Below, piece after piece: positions 32,844-43,361 of a stretch of 64,000 nucleotides of DNA. Position 1 is the first letter of the stretch. Each line of letters starts with the position of its first letter. The notes under the pieces were generated by a model. The model worked only from the letters and a program-made list of their open reading frames with translations, did not search any database and was not told the DNA's origin. The position numbers were made by a program, and so were the translations under genes. Source of the DNA: Psilocybe cubensis (lineage: Eukaryota); assembly GCA_017499595.2 (NCBI GenBank), contig CM039001.1, positions 930,001 to 994,000 of the forward strand, read 5' to 3'.

Positions 32844-34939
32844 CACAGCCGGCCAGTTGGCGAGGTCTGAACCAAGTCACGGGGACTGCAGTCAAACCTT
32901 TGGCAAACCGGAGTTAAATCATAAAATGGTACCCATTGGAATTTCCAAGTCTTGGTGACTTGGTGTTGACCCATGTGGTCATGGGTTTACCGCATGTCCC
33001 TATGCGGCAGACTTCGGTTTTAAAACACAGAATTTTTGGAGTCTGCAAAGACTTGGAAATACCTGAGTTTAGCATTTCCTTTTCAAGCACTCGTTTTTTC
33101 GAGGGGTGCAGGCGTTATTGGGTGTAAAAATCTCGCTCGATACTGCAGTTTTATAGATACAGTGGTTGGAATAAAATAATACATGGTAAAATAGGTGGAA
33201 CACAAAAAAAAGAGTGTCTGAAAAAAGTAGAACTATCACCCAGTAATCGCTACTGTGGCCACCGGCTCCACTGTCCTGTTCTCCCTCAAGCATTCCAGCT
33301 GGCATGTACCCTCCTCCGTTGTACTATGTGACCTGTTCAAGAGCTAACTCAGACAACGCCGTATGAAGAATTTGTAAAGTACGTACCGCTCGGGGCTCTT
33401 GAGTGTGGTGCCCATCGTGCCACATCGACTCCATCGTATCCTCACAAAGCTAAGCACTAGATGTTCCTGTAATTTTGGTATCAGCACAAGCTCTGTATTC
33501 AAGCCAACCGACTTACTTTTTGGGGGAATTCTTGAGGAAGGAAAGACAAGGAAATACACAAAACAAAGAATGAGGCCACAGACCGGCCATTGTTTCCCAA
33601 AAAAACCCTGCACTGCTCAGTGCACTCCTACAAATCAGGAGGTCAGATCTTTCTGACATGCACGGGTTTCACGCCAGCATTGAGCGTGTCTCAGAAAAAG
33701 CCTAGTCAAGGGCGAACAGTGCCATTGACAGAGGCAAAAAAGTGAGGGAATGGCAGAGACTTCGACGTCGGGTGACAACCGTTGACACACGATAATTCCC
33801 GAAACTTGGCATTTGTTGCCAAACAGATGTCAACTTGCATTGTGCTCAGGGGCCAAAATATCAGGAATTCAAGCCGTTGAAAGATATTGATTCAATTAAA
33901 TACAAGCTGGTACATCTACTCATTTGTAGCTTGAGAATTAAGAATGACCGCAAGCCAGTTATCATTCACAACATAACTTTCTGGGGTACCTTGCGTATTG
34001 GAGGCTTGAAGAAAAGGGTTTGAGGACGTGTGGACAAGGGGGTTAGACGGTGGGGCGGGTGATGGTGTGGTGGGTCTAGAAACTGTCGTTGACGACAGCA
34101 GCGTTGTCTTAGACGCATGTTTGTTGAACTTTAGGTCATCTTGTAGGAGCGATTCCTCAATAAATCTGTGATATATGTTAGAAAAGTTCACATAGAAAAA
34201 GGTGGGACTCACTCTCTCCATTGTGAAGATGTAAAGTCGGAACCCCATTCCAAAATACGAGTGGCAAACCATGAGTCTACCTGCGCCCAGTAATCGTTGC
34301 CGTCAGACACCCGTCCAGATGTCATCCCTTTGTTGTGCAGGGTCTTTCTTTTCTTCCCCATGATGGTATCGCATGGGCTGCCGGTTGGGCTCTCATCAAC
34401 GGTGTCAAAAGCGTCGTCGGCTTCGGGAACAGATTCATCTTGATCCCCTAGTCGTCCAACGTTTTCCCAATGGAAGCGACGCTTATCCCATCTCAGTACT
34501 AGTTCCAAAACAAAAGAGGACTTGAACTCACAAGAATTACAAAACGAATTAGATATGTCTGCTCGGAATGATGGCCTTCTCCTGTAACCCCAAGACGATA
34601 TCGAGTGATCATTTGTGAGGTGAATTGTTGCACAGTGCACTTCTTTCGGCCAGCGAGGCCGTCTCGTATCTGCACAAACGGATGATCAGTCAAAATCACA
34701 GAGGCACAGTTGAGTCATGACGTTACCTCTTTTCTGAACGTATTCCGTACCGCAGAGCATTGTCTGCGAGCTTCGGCTGACCATGCATCTTCACGACGGG
34801 GGCGGTTGATGCCAAAAACGTTGTCCATGGTATAGGCGGATGGTTTGGCCCTCATTTTTTTCTGTTTGGAAGCATAAGAACATACACCGAGTAATAAAAA
34901 GATACACCTACCTCCATGTCCGTAATCAAATTAACCTTG

Positions 34940-35389
34940 TGTCAGGGTTTCTCCAGTTTCCCCTCTTTATCTTCACAGAATTATCTTATTCTTTCATTAT
35001 CTTATCAATTATCTGATTAGATAGTTTATTTCTTTCATCACAGCCTTCTTGCTCCACTTCTTTCTAGTAAATTCTATATGATTCCTAGTCTTACTCATCC
35101 TTTTTCTATATGATGTCACTTTTATTCTTTAACCTTCCTTTATGATGTAATGTAGGGAATATTCTAGAATAGCTGTAGAGTATAAATACTGGACTTGTAG
35201 GTAGCTGTAGCTTCAGCTTCAATCTCTTAGGATATCCACTATCATTGGTGTGATCTCTTAGAACCATTGAATCTCTCTCACTCTCTTATTCTCTCTTTGC
35301 TCTTTTACTCTCCCTCTGCTCTTTCTCTCTCTCTCTTGCTTAATCTTTGTTGGTGGCCTTGTCACACTGATTATAGTGTTGCCCTGACA
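34940..35389 (+). repeat. 5' LTR
   Basis: Identical by eye to 40869-41318. TATAAATA at 35181. Confidence 0.97.
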
Positions 35390-35880
35390 GAAGATTGAAG
35401 CTCTCTCAAGACAACTCCACCATCTCTCTTTCAACACCAAACTCTTCACCTCTTCAACCTCTTCAACACCATTACCTCAACCTTCTTCCTCCACTTCCAA
35501 CCCACCAACCTCTTCATCAACCTCTTCACCAATCTTCTTACCAATCTCTACATCTCCACCAATCTTCAACATCCTCCTCAAGACCTTTCCTCAAGACCTT
35601 TGGCTCATCATCTTTCCTACTCTCTGTTGTGTGCTGTGTGTGAACTTAGTAGATAGGGATACCAACTGTTGGGGCAGACACAGTCCTACTAGTGTTCTGT
35701 TTTTGGTGGTCTAGGAAATATCCAGTAACCCTGTGATCCTAGGTTTAGAGCCCTGAGTGGTGTGACAACTGGGTATCCAGTAGATAGATATTTTTTTAGA
35801 ATACTTAGTATAGTTTCAAGGGCACTTTCAGTAGATAGCTTCTCCCACACACACATCAGAGAGCCTACCTACTCCTACCC

Positions 35881-36990
35881 ATGGACATGGACCCCTCCCA
35901 ATTGCCTCCCACCACTCCTTCTGTGGAAGAGCTCATGCATCAGGTCCAGCTCCTTACCCAAGAGTTGAATTTTCTTAGACAGCAGCAGCAGTCATTATCC
36001 ACTCCACCACACCCTCAGCAACCAGTCAGTCAGTCACCATCACCACCACCACCACCACCACCTGCTGCTCTAGATATTCACTCTTTCCCTACCCCTCATG
36101 TTGCCCCTTCCTGTTCACACTCTGCCATTAAAGTCTCACCTCCAGATCCATTTGATGGTTCTATGGAGAAGGCAGAAAACTTCCTCAGTCAGCTTAAATT
36201 ATATTTCTATGGGAAAGGGATTACAGATGACTTTCAGAAAGTTATTTGTGCTCTATCTCATATGAAAGGAGGTACTGCTGGGAAGTGGGCATATGAGAAG
36301 ACTAAAGTAATAGACAATGCTCAGTCCCAAGAAGGTCTTTGGGCTGACTTTGTTTATGAATTTAGGGAAGTGTTTGCAGATCCAGACCCCTCCAACACAG
36401 CTAAGCATAAAATGCACATGCTCAAGCAAGGCAGACAGACTGCTGATGAGTATGTTGCTAGCTTCAGGGCTCTGATCTCAGATACTGGGTATAATGATGC
36501 TGCTTTGGTAGACCAATTCAAGGCTGGGCTTAATGAAAATCTCAGGAATGCAGTCTACTATGTTCCTGACATGCCCAAAACCTTGGATGGATGGATTAAA
36601 TGGAGTACCAGGCTAGATAGGCAGTGGAGACAGAGTGAGGCCTTTACCAAGTCTCTTTCCTCCTCCTCTTCTTCTCCCTTCCTTAAAGCCCCAACTCCCA
36701 AGGCTGTTCCTAAGCCTACTCCAAATCCTCCAGTCTTTTCCAATAGCAGCTCTAGGACCTTTGGTGCTCAGGCAAAGCAACCAGATGTAGTTCCCATGGA
36801 GGTTGACTCTGGATGGAAGTCAGTTAGGCCAATTGTTTGCTTCAAGTGCAGAAAGCCTGGTCATAAGGCTGTAAACTGCAGGTCATCAGTTAACATCAAT
36901 GCTATGACCCATGAAGAACTGGCTGACTACTTTGGGAAATTAATCTTGGAAGGCAAGGAGCAGAAAGATGAGGAAAAGAAAAATTTTTAG
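35881..36990 (+). CDS. gag: Gag (retrotransposon capsid plus CCHC zinc knuckle)
   Basis: PDPFDG and LKQGRQTADEY motifs, VPMEVD, CFKCRKPGHKAVNC. Confidence 0.95.
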   Translation: MDMDPSQLPPTTPSVEELMHQVQLLTQELNFLRQQQQSLSTPPHPQQPVSQSPSPPPPPPPAALDIHSFPTPHVAPSCSHSAIKVSPPDPFDGSMEKAENFLSQLKLYFYGKGITDDFQKVICALSHMKGGTAGKWAYEKTKVIDNAQSQEGLWADFVYEFREVFADPDPSNTAKHKMHMLKQGRQTADEYVASFRALISDTGYNDAALVDQFKAGLNENLRNAVYYVPDMPKTLDGWIKWSTRLDRQWRQSEAFTKSLSSSSSSPFLKAPTPKAVPKPTPNPPVFSNSSSRTFGAQAKQPDVVPMEVDSGWKSVRPIVCFKCRKPGHKAVNCRSSVNINAMTHEELADYFGKLILEGKEQKDEEKKNF

Positions 36991-39900
36991 AAGCACCATT
37001 GGTGAAAGACATGTCCCAATGGAATAGATTTAATGTACTAGAAAATGAAATTGACAGACTTGATCCTCAGTCTTCAGATTCTGGTGCAGAAATCATGTCT
37101 TCTTCTTCCTCTCTTTCTACCTTCCCTGAAAAGATCTACATCCTCAACCATAATCCTAAAACCTCTACCCATTTGTCTGTCATCTTAAAGACAATGGACA
37201 CAGAGAAAAGGTTATCTGTTGATGCTTTGCTTGATTCTGGAGCTACTGGCCTCTTTCTGCATTCTGGTTTTGTGAAGTATCATAATCTCAACACAAGGAA
37301 ACTTCCTAGAGCCATTCCAGTCTATAATGTTGATGGTACTCTCAACAAGAGTGGCTCTATCCATGAGGAAGTAGACTTAATTATGGTACACAAAAACCAT
37401 ACAGAAAGGGCCACCTTTGCTGTTTGTGACTTGGGAGACAAATCTGCTATCATTGGACATACTTGGCTTTGGCACCATAATCCAGATGTTGATTGGAAGA
37501 CAGGGGATGTCCAGTTTATTAGATGTCCCTCTGACTGCCAAATGGAAGCCAAAAGAGCCAGAAGAAAGAGGCAGAAAATAGCTGCAGTCAAAAGGAGGAA
37601 ACTCCCTCAATTTGATGAAGAAGAAGATGATTCTATTGAAGATTCTTCTGATTCTGAGATTGAGCCTGAGGATAGAATTTTTATCTCATACCTTCATCCT
37701 CAGAAGCAGTCTATTAATGCTACTTCTACTATGTCTCAAAGATTAGCAGAAGAGTCTCATCAGCAAGCTGATTCCCCTAAGAAAACCTTTGAAGAAACTG
37801 TTCCTAAACACTATCATCAGTTTAAAGGTGTTTTTTCAAAGGAATCTTTTGATAGGCTACCAGACAGAAAGCCTTGGGATCATGCTATTGAGCTGAAACC
37901 TGGTTCTGAACCTTACAGATCCAAGATTTATCCTCTTTCTCCCAATGAACAAAAGGAACTTGATGCCTTTTTAGAGGAAAATCTGAAGTCTGGCAGGATT
38001 AGACCCTCCAAGTCACCTATGGCCTCCCCTGTATTCTTTGTCAAGAAGAAGGATGGATCTCTTAGGCTTGTCCAGGACTATAGGAAACTGAATGAAATGA
38101 CCATCAAGAACTCCTACCCCCTTCCATTGATTTCTGACATCATCACCAAACTCAGCAAAGCCAAATACTTCACCAAACTTGATGTTAGGTGGGGATTTAA
38201 TAATGTCAGAATCAAAAAGGGAGATGAATGGAAAGCAGCCTTTAGAACCAATAGAGGGCTGTTTGAACCATTGGTCATGTTCTTTGGTTTAACCAATAGT
38301 CCTGCTACCTTCCAAACTATGATGAATGATATCTTTATTGAGCTCATTGATGGAAATGTTGTCATTGTCTACATGGATGACATTTTAATTTTCACTGAGA
38401 CTCTTGATCATCATAGAGAGGTAGTCAAGCAAGTTCTGCAAATCTTAGAACAGAACAAACTCTACCTTAAAGCAGAGAAATGTGAATTTGAAAAGGAAAA
38501 GATTGAATATCTTGGACTAATCATTTCACAAGGCAGGATTGAGATGGATCCTGTCAAGGTAGAGGGAGTTTCTAAATGGCCTGAACCTGAAAATGTCAAG
38601 GATGTCCAATCATTCTTGGGATTTGTTAATTTTTATAGAAGGTTCATAGAGGATTTTGCAGACATTGCTAAGCCCCTTCATGAATTGACAAAGAAAGGAA
38701 CAGTCTGGAGATGGAGTCTTAGACAGCAGGAAGCCTTTGACCAGTTAAAGAAGAAAGTCACTTCTTCACCTGTCTTGATTTTCCCTGATGATAACAAGCC
38801 ATATAAAGTTGAAGCAGACAGTTCAGATTATGCTACTGGGGCTGTTTTATCTCAGGAAGGATCAGATGGGAAATGGCATCCTGTAGCCTTTATGTCTAAG
38901 AGTCTATCTGAAGTAGAAAGGAATTATGAGATCCATGACAAAGAGATGCTGGCTATTATCAGAGCACTAGATGAATGGAGACATTATCTTGAAGGAACCC
39001 AACATTCCTTTGAGATTTGGACAGACCACAAAAACTTAGAGTACTTTATGGTTGCCCAAAAGCTCAGCAGAAGGCAAGCCAGATGGTCACTCTTCCTGTC
39101 CAGATTTGATTTTACTCTTCATCATAGGCCTGGTAAAAGATCTCTTAAGCCAGATGCTTTGTCTAGGAGACCAGATCATAAAAAGGGAGAGAATGATAAC
39201 CAAAATGTAGTTCTCCTCAAACCTTCCTACTTTAAAATCCAGGCTCTCAAGCAGGGTCATGCTACCATTACTGGTGCAGAAAATGATCTTCTTAAGAAGA
39301 TTAGAGAAGCTAAGGAGATGGATGAAAAGGTGGTCAAGGCAGTTCAGGAGCTCAAGAAATCTTCTACCAAGAAGATTGAAGGACAGGAGTGGTCAGAAGA
39401 ACAAGGCCTTATTCTCTACAGGGGGAAGGTGTATGTTCCCAAGGACAAAGATCTTAGAAGAAAGATTGTGGAACTGCACCATGATGCCTTCATTGCTGGA
39501 CATCCAGGGAAATGGAAGACAATTGAGCTAGTCTCTAGGAATTATTGGTGGCCAGGAATGTCACATTTTATTGCAGCCTATACCAGAGGTTGTGATAGAT
39601 GTAACAGAACCAAAACCTTTCCAGCCAAACCTCTTGGCCTTTTAATTCCTACTGAGATTCCCTCTGATGTCTGGCAATGCATCTCTGTGGACTTTATTAT
39701 GGGGTTACCAGAATGTCAAGGGTATAATGCCATTATGGTGGTTGTGGATAGACTTAGTAAAATGATCCACATTATCCCTACTACAGATGAAGTCACTTCT
39801 GAAGGGACAGCCAGACTATACAGAGATTATGTCTGGAAACACCATGGCTTACCCATTAAAATTCTGTGTGATAGAGGTCCACAGTTTGTCTCAAGGTTTA

Positions 39901-40868
39901 TGAAAGAACTCAACTCAATACTTGGTATCCAGACAGCCTCATCTACAGCCTACCATCCCCAAACTGATGGTCAGACTGAAAGAGTTAACCAAGAAATTGA
40001 GCAGTATCTTAGACTCTTTATAAACCATAGACAAGATGATTGGGTTGAATGGTTAGCTCTAGCTGAATTCTCTTATAACAATAGAGTTCAGGCTTCAACC
40101 AGGCAGACACCATTCATGCTCAATAATGGCAGACATCCCAGAATGGGCACTGAACCCCTTAGAAATAGTAAAATGGACACTGTGGATACCTTTGTGAAAA
40201 ATATGGAAGAAGCCAGGAAAGAAGCAGAGTCTGCACTTAGAAAAGCTGCTGATGATATGGCTAAATTCTATAATAGACACAGAGGTACTCCAACTCAGTA
40301 CAAAGTTGGGGATTTGGTATGGTTAGATGGCAAGGACCTCAAAACTGATAGGCCCTCCAAGAAATTGGATGATAAAAGATATGGGCCTTACAAAATTACC
40401 AAAGTTATTAGCCCTAATGCCTATGAGCTTAAGCTGCCATCTACCATGAAAATCCATCCAGTGTTCAATGTGGTTAAACTTCTACCTTATCACCCAGATA
40501 TTGTAGGAAGAAAGCCTCCTTCTAGACCACCACCTGTCATTCAAGGAGAAAATCCTGAGTGGGAAGTTGAATTTATCAAGGACAGCAGACTTTTTAGAAA
40601 CAAACTTCAATATTTGGTTAAGTGGAAGAACTATCCTAATGAGGAATGCACTTGGGAGCCTGCAGAGCATTTGAAAAATGCTTCTAAGGCTATCAAGGAC
40701 TTCCATGCCAAACATCCTTCAGCACCTAGAAGGATTTCTGCTGTGACCTTTGATAGACTTTCTTTCACTCCTATTATTAACTTTACTGAACCTCCTCCTC
40801 TTCTTAAACCCTCTAAACTAACCCATCCATGTGCACATTGTGGAAAATGTGCCTTAGAGAGGGGGTGA
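36987..40868 (+). CDS. pol: Pol (protease-RT-RNase H-integrase-chromodomain), -1 frame relative to gag
   Basis: LLDSGAT, YMDDILI, EADSSDYATGAVL, HHCC zinc finger, HPQTDGQTER, GPY, chromodomain EWEVEFIKDSR...YLVKWKNYPNEECTWEP. Confidence 0.97.
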   Translation, partial: LEAPLVKDMSQWNRFNVLENEIDRLDPQSSDSGAEIMSSSSSLSTFPEKIYILNHNPKTSTHLSVILKTMDTEKRLSVDALLDSGATGLFLHSGFVKYHNLNTRKLPRAIPVYNVDGTLNKSGSIHEEVDLIMVHKNHTERATFAVCDLGDKSAIIGHTWLWHHNPDVDWKTGDVQFIRCPSDCQMEAKRARRKRQKIAAVKRRKLPQFDEEEDDSIEDSSDSEIEPEDRIFISYLHPQKQSINATSTMSQRLAEESHQQADSPKKTFEETVPKHYHQFKGVFSKESFDRLPDRKPWDHAIELKPGSEPYRSKIYPLSPNEQKELDAFLEENLKSGRIRPSKSPMASPVFFVKKKDGSLRLVQDYRKLNEMTIKNSYPLPLISDIITKLSKAKYFTKLDVRWGFNNVRIKKGDEWKAAFRTNRGLFEPLVMFFGLTNSPATFQTMMNDIFIELIDGNVVIVYMDDILIFTETLDHHREVVKQVLQILEQNKLYLKAEKCEFEKEKIEYLGLIISQGRIEMDPVKVEGVSKWPEPENVKDVQSFLGFVNFYRRFIEDFADIAKPLHELTKKGTVWRWSLRQQEAFDQLKKKVTSSPVLIFPDDNKPYKVEADSSDYATGAVLSQEGSDGKWHPVAFMSKSLSEVERNYEIHDKEMLAIIRALDEWRHYLEGTQHSFEIWTDHKNLEYFMVAQKLSRRQARWSLFLSRFDFTLHHRPGKRSLKPDALSRRPDHKKGENDNQNVVLLKPSYFKIQALKQGHATITGAENDLLKKIREAKEMDEKVVKAVQELKKSSTKKIEGQEWSEEQGLILYRGKVYVPKDKDLRRKIVELHHDAFIAGHPGKWKTIELVSRNYWWPGMSHFIAAYTRGCDRCNRTKTFPAKPLGLLIPTEIPSDVWQCISVDFIMGLPECQGYNAIMVVVDRLSKMIHIIPTTDEVTSEGTARLYRDYVWKHHGLPIKILCDRGPQFVSRFMKELNSILGIQTASSTAYHPQTDGQTERVNQEIEQYLRLFINHRQDDWVEWLALAEFSYNNRVQASTRQTPFMLNNGRHPRMGTEPLRNSKMDTVDTFVKNMEEARKEAESALRKAADDMAKFYNRHRGTPTQYKVGDLVWLDGKDLKTDRPSKKLDDKRYGPYKITKVISPNAYELKLPSTMKIHPVFNVVKLLPYHPDIVGRKPPSRPPPVIQGENPEWEVEFIKDSRLFRNKLQYLVKWKNYPNEECTWEPAEHLKNASKAIKDFHAKHPSAPRRISAVTFDRLSFTPIINFTEPPPLLKPSKLTHPCAHCGKCALERG

Positions 40869-41318
40869 TGTCAGGGTTTCTCCAGTTTCCCCTCTTTATC
40901 TTCACAGAATTATCTTATTCTTTCATTATCTTATCAATTATCTGATTAGATAGTTTATTTCTTTCATCACAGCCTTCTTGCTCCACTTCTTTCTAGTAAA
41001 TTCTATATGATTCCTAGTCTTACTCATCCTTTTTCTATATGATGTCACTTTTATTCTTTAACCTTCCTTTATGATGTAATGTAGGGAATATTCTAGAATA
41101 GCTGTAGAGTATAAATACTGGACTTGTAGGTAGCTGTAGCTTCAGCTTCAATCTCTTAGGATATCCACTATCATTGGTGTGATCTCTTAGAACCATTGAA
41201 TCTCTCTCACTCTCTTATTCTCTCTTTGCTCTTTTACTCTCCCTCTGCTCTTTCTCTCTCTCTCTTGCTTAATCTTTGTTGGTGGCCTTGTCACACTGAT
41301 TATAGTGTTGCCCTGACA
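40869..41318 (+). repeat. 3' LTR
   Basis: Copy of 34940-35389, followed by TSD CCTTG. Confidence 0.97.
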
Positions 41319-42035
41319 CCTTGTAGCATGTTCGCGTAGGCGATATAACCAGTTGCTGAGCCAGGTGTCTTATAGTAGCCTGCCAGTAGTTGATCAGTTT
41401 AGAGAATACACCACACGACCACACCGCAACCTTTTGGTTTGGAGATAAAGCAAAGCCGTTGTCCAAACGAACGGATATGTCTGCGACAACACCCTTTAGT
41501 TCGGCAATTACTGACTCATACTCGTGTAGCTGGGTGGCTTGAAGCTGGCTCCGAGACTCGATTGCCAGTATGTGTGCTAAAATGAGCATCCAGCACATCA
41601 TATTGGGTTGACTGAGGGAAGCTGAGGGCGAGGAGGTTCCAATCTAAGGCTAGTCAGATTCTACACAAGCTCACAAAGATAAAGACACACCTGATAAAGC
41701 CCGAGAAGGTGGCTTCTGCTTTGTTCTGAAATGCCAACCCTTTGAATGAGGGTGTCGATGAACAAAACAACCCAGGGCTCAAGTTGTTCACCAGGAGACG
41801 CCATTGAAATGCACGCTTGTACGGGATTTTGGTGGGTGCTGCACGGACACAGTAAGGAGCGGTTGTCGCAACTGCATCCTACCTTTATACCCCGCGAAAA
41901 AGCAGTGCTGCATTTTTGGATTCAACAAACCCGTCGCGTCGCGTCCTGTGCAAAGGCATGCAAATAATCGCCCTCGTGAAAACATAAAAATGAAATTCAA
42001 AGCCAAGAAGAATACGCACGGTACCCCCCGCCACC

Positions 42036-42876
42036 ATGGCCAATCACCCCAGTGAGCCCACGGACCCAATCGCTCTGCGCACTCCCGTTCGTAAAAGGCG
42101 AGCTCATCCGTCAGAATTGGGGTATCTGGAGCCCAGAGCAAAAAAAAGTCAGTAAACCAATCCTTTATCCATACTGAACTAATCTGACCTTGTGAACAGC
42201 TCTGACATTGCCAACCGGCGGCGACGGCTCAAACAGGTCTCCAGGCTCCATGGGCAGTGGTCAAAATGCGCACATTACCGCCGACGCTGACCCGGCGCCG
42301 CCCTTGTCTCCAACCGCATCTGAAACCATCGACCTCCGGGAGCGGCTCAGCGTCTCCGTCTCTCCTCGAAATCGCCTTTCAAAGTCCAGGAGGGCCGTTT
42401 TTGACAAGCTGGCCGAGGTTGTATCTTGGGTGGAGGAGCGAGACAGAGAGAAGAGGAAAGCACTGAAGGAGCGGGCACAGAGGAGTGCGGATGATCGCTT
42501 CGCAGCAATCGTTGCCAGAAAGGAGGCCCTAGAGCATGCGAGGGCTACGGCAGAGCAGTGCAAAATAGCGAGAGCAGGAGAGGATGCGGCAGAACAGAAG
42601 CTGCGGGATTCAGAAAGGGAGGTTCATCAGCTCAAATGGGATATGCAGGAATTCACCAAGAAGTATGAGGCCTTGGAAAAGGAGTTGGAGCAATGTGAGG
42701 CTGCAAAGGACAGGGAGGTCAATTTGAGCCGGGCAATGGAGATTCGGGGCGACTTCTTATTCAAGATGCTGGCTGACGAGCGCCGGTGGATTGACAGCCT
42801 GAAAGCAGTCTTGATAGAGCAAGGCATTGAATTGCCAGCTTATCCTGAGGGAAGAAGCAGCTTTACGGACATGTAG
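42036..42876 (+). CDS. Transposon cargo gene: coiled-coil protein of unknown function
   Basis: CCACCATGG start at 42036. Intron ~42148-42199 (GTCAGT...AACAG) joins in frame to the 42208..42876 ORF, which has a long E/K/R/A-rich heptad region. Divergent from the 41804 gene. Confidence 0.65.
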
Positions 42877-43361
42877 GGCGTTGGATTTACGTACCAGAGT
42901 CGTTGAAATGTTAGAAATGTCCTTTTTTTGCTTCAAACGTTGGCGAAAGCTTAAGGGTTATACACATGGAGGCAGGTGAGACGAAGTTCCTGTTCAAGTT
43001 CGAGAAACAGGTGAACCGACGCGCGTGTCACGTGACATCGTGACACGCTCGTTGATTGATTATTGGCACCTTGAAGGGCGCGTTTTGCGGCTTTTGTTGT
43101 TTACTCCCACCACAACCCCACCCCACCAAGACCCCCAATGATCTGCAGAGACTCCCCACACACCGGTGAGTCTCCATGCAGATCAGCATGTTTAGCGGCC
43201 CACGTTGTCTCTGAATACCCTCTCACTGTCTGAAAAGTCAGGGCTCACCCCTGGGCCGGGAGTTTCAGACAGCGAGAGGGCACAGACGGCGTGTGCCGCC
43301 GTATTATGCACACATTTTGACTACCCCGTTGACCCCGTATCGCACAGACACCAACGCCACG

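Larger units (their letters stand above)
34940..41318 (+). mobile_element. Full-length Ty3/gypsy chromovirus LTR retrotransposon
   Basis: Two 450-bp LTRs (TGTCAGGG...CCCTGACA), 5-bp TSD CCTTG (34935-34939 and 41319-41323), PPT AGAGAGGGGG before the 3' LTR, intact gag and pol. Confidence 0.98.
33916..41804 (-). pseudogene. Transposon cargo gene of unknown function, disrupted by the LTR retrotransposon
   Basis: Exons MASPGEQLEPWVVLFIDTLIQR... and ...ISPTRTCYK lie right of the insertion and continue as VNLITDME, ...AVRNTFRKE, ...GRVSDGNDYWAQVDSWF...WRE, FIEESLLQDD left of it. The frame is restored by removing 34940-41323. Confidence 0.7.

Noticed and set aside
35258-35643. ORFs in the LTR and leader
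   Set aside because: Low-complexity CT/CA-rich untranslated sequence.
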